Source of the DNA: Octopus vulgaris
Lineage: Eukaryota
DNA length: 64,000 nucleotides
Reading direction: 5' to 3'
Assembly (NCBI GenBank): GCA_951406725.2
Contig: OX597818.1
Coordinates: 36,270,001-36,334,000 of the forward strand
Each line of letters starts with the position of its first letter. The first letter of the stretch is position 1. A program made the translations under genes and the position numbers. Of the stretch, positions 56,138 through 64,000 are shown piece after piece. The notes under the pieces are model-generated. The model was not told where the DNA came from. It saw only the letters and a list, made by a program, of their open reading frames with translations, and made no database searches.

Positions 56138-56678
56138 ATATTAGGGAGTAAATCTAAACTTACAGGGAAAAATTAGATTTCGGATTAAATCAAATTTCAC
56201 AGTATATATATAAATTAAATTAGAGACAAACCACTATTATGCAAATCAAACAGTGAAAAACATAAACCAAAACAATATACAAAATATATAAATTATAAAA
56301 TTTAAATTATTTAAATTTTTAATTTTTAATTTATATTTATAAATTTTATATTTTTTAAAATTTATAAATTTTTAAACTTTTAATTTTTTTTTATTTTTTA
56401 TAATTATCAAAATGTATTAAAAAGTTTAATTTTTGATAGTTATAAAAAAAAAAAGTTAAAAAATTTATAAATTTTGAATTTTAAAAAATATAAAAAAATA
56501 TAAAAATTTATAAATATAAATTAAAATTTATTAATTTAAATAATTTAAATTTTGAATTTTATATTTTATATATTTTGTATATTATATTAATTATATTTAT
56601 TTTTATGTTTTGGTTTATGTTTTTCACTGTTTGATTTGCATAATAGTGGTTTATCTCTGATTTAATTTATATATATAT
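56137..56678. mobile_element. (TA)n-inserted element with a ~480-bp AT-rich palindrome (56203-56678)
   Basis: AAACCACTATTATGCAAATCAAACAGTGAAAAACATAAACCAAAACA is mirrored exactly near 56606-56652; the A/T-only inner arms also mirror. Confidence 0.85.
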
Positions 56679-57462
56679 ATATAAAACATTGTCCAATGTC
56701 TTCTGTTTAAGAAAATAATGTTATAGGATTTATGGAAGTTTTCGATGCTAATTTTAGAAGGCCGATCAACTGGGAAGATAAGTCATGAGGAAACTATGAC
56801 ACGCATGTCAACAAGTGATTCATCGTGGGTTTTAGGTAGCATGCGGTGGACTTACAAATAGGATTCCTCAGTAACATCATATTCTCTATAAGCATTATAT
56901 TATACGAAAATTATTTACGTACAAGTGACACTTCAAATGTTGCTTTTAATGACGAAGAAGCACCGAAGATGAGCTCGCAATAACTAATTATCATACTCGA
57001 GGTGTGGCTATGGCACTAAGATTGACAGAACTGTTTGCGAGTTGGACAAAATGCCTTATAGTATTATTTTGACAGTCTAACAATTCTCGATTCTACCAAA
57101 TCCACTGCTTTAACGATGATACTAATAATAAATCTTAGGTATGGGTGATTACATGACACAGTTAGTTGACATAGAATTTTATCAATACTTAAAGAATGAA
57201 AGAGACAAACGAAATTCTGCAAATAATTTACTCGGCCATTCTACTGATTATGTCATTTATCACCGTCCACAATAACACTAAATTCTCAGAAGCCTTTTTC
57301 CTAATCTGATACCAGTACTTGACACCTAGATATGCCACAGATTTTGGAATGGTTAGTGAAAAGTTAAATCGATACAAGATTTCAAATGAATCTGCGAGTC
57401 ATATTGTTGGGTGCTCTGCAATCATAGTCGTCACTTCCCTAATATTGGTAAACAAACAGTAA

Positions 57463-57736
57463 TCTCTCTATATATAAACGGCAAAATGTCTGTCTGTGTG
57501 TGTGTCCTTTATACAAATCCACAATTTTTCAGTTAGAAGGCTCGTACTTTCTATGATCATTTAAAACCGTCCATATGACCATTTAAAACCGTGCATATCT
57601 TTACATTTCCCCAGTCCCCCCGCAAAGCCATTAAAATATCAATAGAAGTGACTATTTTGTGAATTTTCTATCCAAAACCCAATCAAAATGCCCGAAACTT
57701 GATACGCCAATTGTATGTGATTGGTCATAGTGCTAG
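57463..57736 (+). mobile_element. Non-autonomous Helitron
   Basis: A|TCTCTCTATATATAA 5' end with (GTCT/GT)n, CTAG|T 3' end, no TSD. Confidence 0.6.
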
Positions 57737-58139
57737 TATCTAATAAAGGCGAAAAAAAAGCTTATTCTCGTGTGTTTGCAGAAATATATTGATGTAAAAA
57801 CCGAGTGGACGAGGAAAATCGTTAAAGTATTAGACAACTATCTTCTGATGATTTGCTTCAGCACTTTGCTCTCTGAGTCCGTATTCGGCCGTGATCAACT
57901 TGTCCATTTTTTTATGTTACTTAAGGTACCAGACAAATACGGTAAATGACCGACCTTTTACTTTCCTTCTCGTACTCCCAGAAACGATTATGCTTCACTG
58001 TGAGAGAATCATAATGGATCTCCCTTACAGGTGCCTCTTCTCATCAAGCATGCTGCGGAGAGTGCAGAGAAACCAGGAAACAAGGTGGTTGTGAACATAT
58101 CAATGCGCTGTAAAAAATGAAATGCTTTAATTAGCACAG

Positions 58140-61100
58140 AGATAATTTTATGAATACCGAAAGTATGAAAATCATAGTCAACTCTGGAGAAGTTCTAAAC
58201 TCAGAAAGTTAAGGATCTAACCAAATACTACACAAAGTCATGTCCGGTGTTCAACTAATTTAGCCATTCACTACCCTCATGAACAAAGATGTCAATCTTT
58301 GCAAGATCCTTAAATATATCCATCAAGCTTTTTGACAACTGAATCGAATGGTTTCCATAGTAATTTTAGCGAACCAGGCCAATAAATAGCATAGTAGCCC
58401 CAAAAGAAATTTGAACTCAGAACGATAAGAAACGTAACTAAATACAAAAATGTATTTTGTCCGATACTTTGCTATTTCTTATCTTTGAGACCTTATTAAT
58501 CATGATTTCAAACACAAGCACAGAGCCAAGACTTTTGGGAGAAGATACGATCAATTAAATAGATTGCTGTACTTGACTTGTACTTTATTTTATCGATAAA
58601 AGGCAACGACAACCTCGACTGAACAGGACGCTACTAAATACATTTGGTATTTCGTTCACGATTATTGATTCGGGTTTAGTTACAAGGCCAAAAAATTCAT
58701 GAGAAGTGGAACGTTAGTCGATTAGTAGTGGGGTTAGTCGACCCCAGTACTTCTCTGAATTGGTACTTTACTTTATCGACTCCGGATGAAGAATTGCACC
58801 CAACGATTGTTTCAAAGTTTGGTACAAGGCCAACAATTTTTGAAAGTGGAATAGTCAATTATATTTACTTCAACTCCTGTACTTGAATGCTGCATTATTT
58901 TATCGACTTCAAAATTATGAAAAGCAAAGGTGACTTCGGCGGAATTAGAACTCAGAGCATAAAGAACCGAAGGAAATGTCTTTGTGTTAAAGATTCTGCC
59001 AGCTCACCTCCTCAAATTAATTTTGTAGACTAGTCTATTATACCGAATCCCAGTATCGTTTAAGTGGTTCTTAGTTTATCGTCCCTGAAAGTATGAAGGG
59101 CAAAGTCGATCTCGACGGAATTTCAACTCAGAACGTAAAGACGGACGAAATACCACTGAGCATTTTATCCGGAGTGCTAATGAATCTGCCAGCTTGCCAA
59201 CTTAACAATAATAATAATAAAGCAATTATCAGGAACAGAGCAACCATTGCAGATCTTAAATTTGGAGAGCGGATGAGTATAGGCGATCAAATCGACCCTT
59301 ATACGTCTTTTCATTTACTTAATCGATCAAGACGAGGAGAATGGCCAAATTCACCATATTGATTTAAACATTTGTTTCTTCTTAACATAAACATTTACTT
59401 GTTACCGTTTGCAAAAAATACGTCAGCCCAGCAAAGTTTGTCCCTCACAACAGTGTACATTCAAGTGGTTCAACAAGGGCGTAAAATATATTTCAGGAAT
59501 TCAGTTCCACCGATTCATAATGAAGTGGAAGTCCATGTTAACTATTTAAAAATAGGTTGGTTAGGTCGGTACTTTTATTTTGATATTTTGTCACTGAGTA
59601 GAATCTATGCCAGTAACAGAAGATGAAAGGCCAAACTTTCGTTCCGAAAGATGGCACCTTGTCGTTACCGCCAGTTTTGGAGTTCAAAACTACATTTTAG
59701 GCTAATCTTTTGGTCAATCAAATTCATTTGAAAGAAGTCTTTTTACTTTACATTAACACAAAATCAGTTTGCTTTTGAGAATTAATAGCAATTCATGTTA
59801 CTTACGGCATTGTTTAGGAGGTGAACTGGCCAACTCCTAAGAGTGTCAGACAGATGCCTAACAGTATTTCTCCCAGTTCTTTACGTTCTGAGTTCAAATT
59901 CCGCTATGGTAGACTAGTTTGGAATCGATGTAGTCGACGTTCTCTTCTCATCAAAATGCTTGTGTCAAAACTGAAAAGACTCATTAATATCATTGTTTGA
60001 CTGAACTTTCTAGACTAGTGCCATATTGGCTTCAAATTTTGGCACAAGCCCAGCAATTAAGGAGAGAGGTTAGTCGATTGCAAACACAGCAGTGCACAAA
60101 TGGTATATATTTTATCCACCTGGAAAAAAATGAAAGGCAAAGTCGACCATAGCTGAATTTAAACTCAGAACGTAAAGACGGACGAAATATTGCTAAGCAT
60201 TTTGCCCGGCTTGCTTACGATTCTGCCAGTTCGCCGCCGTACACCACCACAATATTTCGTTATTGCCCACAGGAGGCTAAACATAGAGGGGACAAACAAG
60301 GACAGACAAACGGATTAAGATAATTACATCGACCTCAGTGCATGACTGGTACTTATTTAATCGACCCCGAAAGGATGAAAGGCAAAGTTGACCTCGGCGG
60401 AATTTGAACTCAGAACATAACGGCAGACGAATTACAGCTAAGCATTTCGCTCGGCGTGCTAACGATTCTGCCAGCTGGCCACCTTAACACCACCATAATA
60501 TTAATGCAATAATGACGAAGACAAATAAATCTAGGAAGACTGTAAAACATATGTCTAACATCCACAATACATATAGAGAATTTATTAAAGAAAGTAAACT
60601 ATACAAGGCATACACGAAGCAATCTCGAGCATCAGATTTCGTGTAAAAGAAAGTCATTCGATTCATCAGAAATTATGTCTTGACTGGGACAATAATCTCT
60701 ACCAGCATCTGCAGATGCCTCAGAAGTAGACTGGACATTGCAGACAGAATAAAGGGCTCACTGAATGAAGGGTTAAACGTATTCCTACATTAAACATACA
60801 GAAATATGCAATAATATTTTCAAGTAGGATAAATGGTATACAGGGAATGATAGATCTACTGGCTACACCTAATCATAGGAGCGATTGCTTGTGTATTATG
60901 TTTTTCTCTTCGGTCACAGCTAGACTGCAATTAAACAACATCAGCATAAATGCTGAGGAAATAGTATATAATAGAGTAAAATGCTATCACAAAGCTGGAA
61001 ACTTCTTGAGAAGAAGCAGGGTCAATTGAGCTGACTTAACGGACGCAGGAGGATGAATATCAAAATTAGCTCACACAGGATTCGAACTCAGGAAATTAAA

Positions 61101-61940
61101 GGGACGTAACTCTCTATCTCAAGAGACTTATTCCGGACACCTACTATTTTTTGCCAGTCCATTGCCTACGAAGTTATGTAGTCAAATAATAATAATAATA
61201 GTATTATTGAATAATAATATTATCGAGCATCTACTTACAACCAAACAAGATGTAATCAATATGAACAAACTACGAAACAAGCTTTTACTTTATCCATCTG
61301 GGCAGGACAAAAGGCACAGAAGACCCAGAGAGTTTTAATTATAAATATTGGTTCTCATAATTAAATACTACACAAAATCAAACAACGATTTATAAACTCC
61401 ATCGAAGGTCAGGCGTTGAAGATAAGGATATAGATAATTATATCAACCTGATTATTTGGCAAGCAATTTATTTTGTCAATTTTGTAGACATAAATGGAAA
61501 GATGAACCCGGTAATATTTTAACTCGGAACCTAAAGGAAGTAAATAAAATACTGAGGGGTAAATTGGTCGGCGCGCTACTGATTTCAGTAGCGCCCTAGA
61601 AAAAATATTAAAACGATTTCTTACATCAGCACAAGGACAGAAATATGAGGAGGGAATAGTTGATTATATGAACCCGGATATGTGATTTGTACTTTTTTTT
61701 TCTCGACTGCGGAAGTATATCAAGACAAAAATATCCTCAGAGAGATTTGAATGAAGAACGTGACAAGTTTAAAACTAGATACCGCAATGGCTTTTGTCCG
61801 GGGGGTTACCGATCCTGCTAATCTAATACTCTTTGGAAGAATGAATAATGATGTACTAATCTAGTTATAAATCCGGGCATTGGAATCGGGTGGGATTTAA
61901 ATCGAACAAACCGACCTCAGCAATTTACTGGTATTTTAAT
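58140..61940 (-). mobile_element. Dense cluster of mostly minus-strand Meta-domain-like SINEs of varied age
   Basis: More than 10 degenerate AAAGTCGACCTCGGCGGAATTTGAACTCAGAAC-type cores; youngest copy 60257-60486 has TSD ACACCACCAYAATATT at 60241-60256 and 60487-60502. Confidence 0.8.
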
Positions 61941-62928
61941 CTCCCTGCAAGTTAGAATGTGTTTTATGTATACACACGCACAAATTATATATATACATAA
62001 GTATATACATGAATACATATATATACATATATACATAAACATATACACACATGTCTGCATAGATACATACTTATATACATATATATATGCATGCATTTAT
62101 ATGTACATACACACACACACATTCATTCACACACATACATATACAAGCGCACACAAACACACACATATACGTATACGTACATAGATATGTGTTTGCACAG
62201 ATAGATATATGTGTGTATGCGTGTATATATACATACATTTATGTGTGTGTCTCTGTGTGCATGAGGGTGAAAGAGAGGGAGAGAGATGTTTAGATATGCA
62301 GTGCACGTGATAATATGATTCTTATATGTATATATGTTGCCACTCAATAGGTATTGGTATGTCTCAGAATTTTCTGGAGAAATTATCTCATTGAATTCGA
62401 AAGGTTAGAAGCATAAATGCAAACATATTGATAAATATTTCATGAAATATAGTACTTAAACCAAAAGTTCTATTAAAAAAAAATATTTCTTTACTTTGAA
62501 ATATCCCCAATCTTGTCTTACATAAGACAACACAGAGTAATGAGGGCCAACAACTTAAAAAAATATATTTTCAACATGGAAAATGGCTAGAATCTATGAA
62601 GTACGTACGGACACTCAAGCCATATATATTCTTAAGCCTTGGAAAATTTTTTACGATGACCTATCTTATATATCTAAGAAAAATATCTACAGAATTTTCC
62701 AGATTTTTTAAAATTTTTAGGTATATTTCTTCAGAGTCTGAACATTGTCAAAGAGTCTACACTTCCATTAGAATATTTCGTTGAATATATGCATACATGT
62801 AATATGATACACATACACTTACGCATACGAACCTACATTCTTACATGCATATATACATTATTCACACAAATAGACAACGTAGATACATATGTGTATATAC
62901 ATTTATATGCATATATAATGAATATATG

Positions 62929-62979
<51 letters not shown>

Positions 62980-63354
62980 GCATATATTATATATACCTAT
63001 AATATATATGCTATAATATATATATATAATATAATATGTGTATATATTATATTGCATATATAATATATATATATAAGATGCAGATGTATATATATGTATA
63101 TGAAATATATGTACATATATATTATATACGTAATATATATATATATATACATGTTTGTATGTATGTATGCATGTGTGTAATGTGTGTATATATATATGTA
63201 TATACTGTACTTTAACGACTGTATTATAAATGTTTTTGACAGTTTCAAGAAGACAAACTATCTTCATTAAAGAAAAAGTCTTTCAAATATGTACTCACAG
63301 CTTCCTGGGATTTTCAACACTTCGTGGTTTCGTACCAATATTTTTCAGAACATA

Positions 63355-63395
<41 letters not shown>

Positions 63396-64000
63396 GTATA
63401 TTATAACTGTAAAACGTTGTTCCCAAAAATATATATCTTTTTTTTTTCAATATTAATTCCTTTCCCGGGCTGGTGTTTTCCTTCATTGTTTTTGTTTTTG
63501 TTTTAATTTAATTTCCTCCATATTGTATTATAATATTAATACTTGTCATTTTCCTTTCGTTTTCTACATCATTTCGTTATCAGTTTATGTTATTTTTTGT
63601 GTTACTCTGTACATTTCCAGTCCCCTCAAATTTTCCTTTCCTTCCGCATTTATTTATATTTTCTGGGGTGGTAAGACGATGGACACCATTCTCTTGAAAA
63701 TTCTTTCGTCGTATCCTAGTAAAAACAGAAAAAAAAAATAGAATAAAGGCTATGCATATAATTTCTTCAATGTTGTTGTTTTATATCTCGTGTTACATAA
63801 CTAAAACCAGGCAAAAATTTGAAATGCATTAAGTTTTCATGAATATTTTTCTTTCAAAACCTTTCCTTCAGAACCTAAGAGTCAGTTCTCAGTCATAATT
63901 TATATCTAAAACAATATTAATAATTTTCACAATTAACTGTCACGTTTAATTACATAATTTTCACAAAGCTGAAAGAAATTTTAGTATACGACTTACAGTA

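Noticed and set aside
58140-61940. CRISPR-like or other prokaryotic repeat-spacer array
   Set aside because: Units are ~200-bp diverged SINEs in eukaryotic DNA; no cas genes or constant short repeats.

Overview
AT-rich, extremely microsatellite-dense eukaryotic DNA. The SINE families and the simple-repeat style point to an octopus (coleoid cephalopod) genome; this is an inference from recognised repeat types, not a database result. I find no confident intact protein-coding gene, and nearly all ORF-track entries are translated microsatellites. The window looks intronic or intergenic. It holds many tRNA-derived SINEs (several with clear TSDs), decayed CR1-like and R4/Dong-like LINE pieces, a near full-length Tc1, a deleted mariner, a Helentron-type HINE, a non-autonomous Helitron, a TTAGGG-bearing MITE family with 6-bp TSDs, and Penelope-like (TA)n-targeting remnants. 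Main observations: (1) a canonical minimal type I hammerhead ribozyme motif with a palindromic stem III at 39176-39260 (-); (2) two independent local DNA-capture events, a MITE carrying 185 bp of flank from a sister copy 30 kb away and a Penelope-like end fused to a 265-bp copy of DNA 1.1 kb away; (3) several long fold-back palindromes, including a cryptic one of about 730 bp at 52349-53079; (4) a SINE-poor domain at about 9-27 kb with weak candidate first exons.
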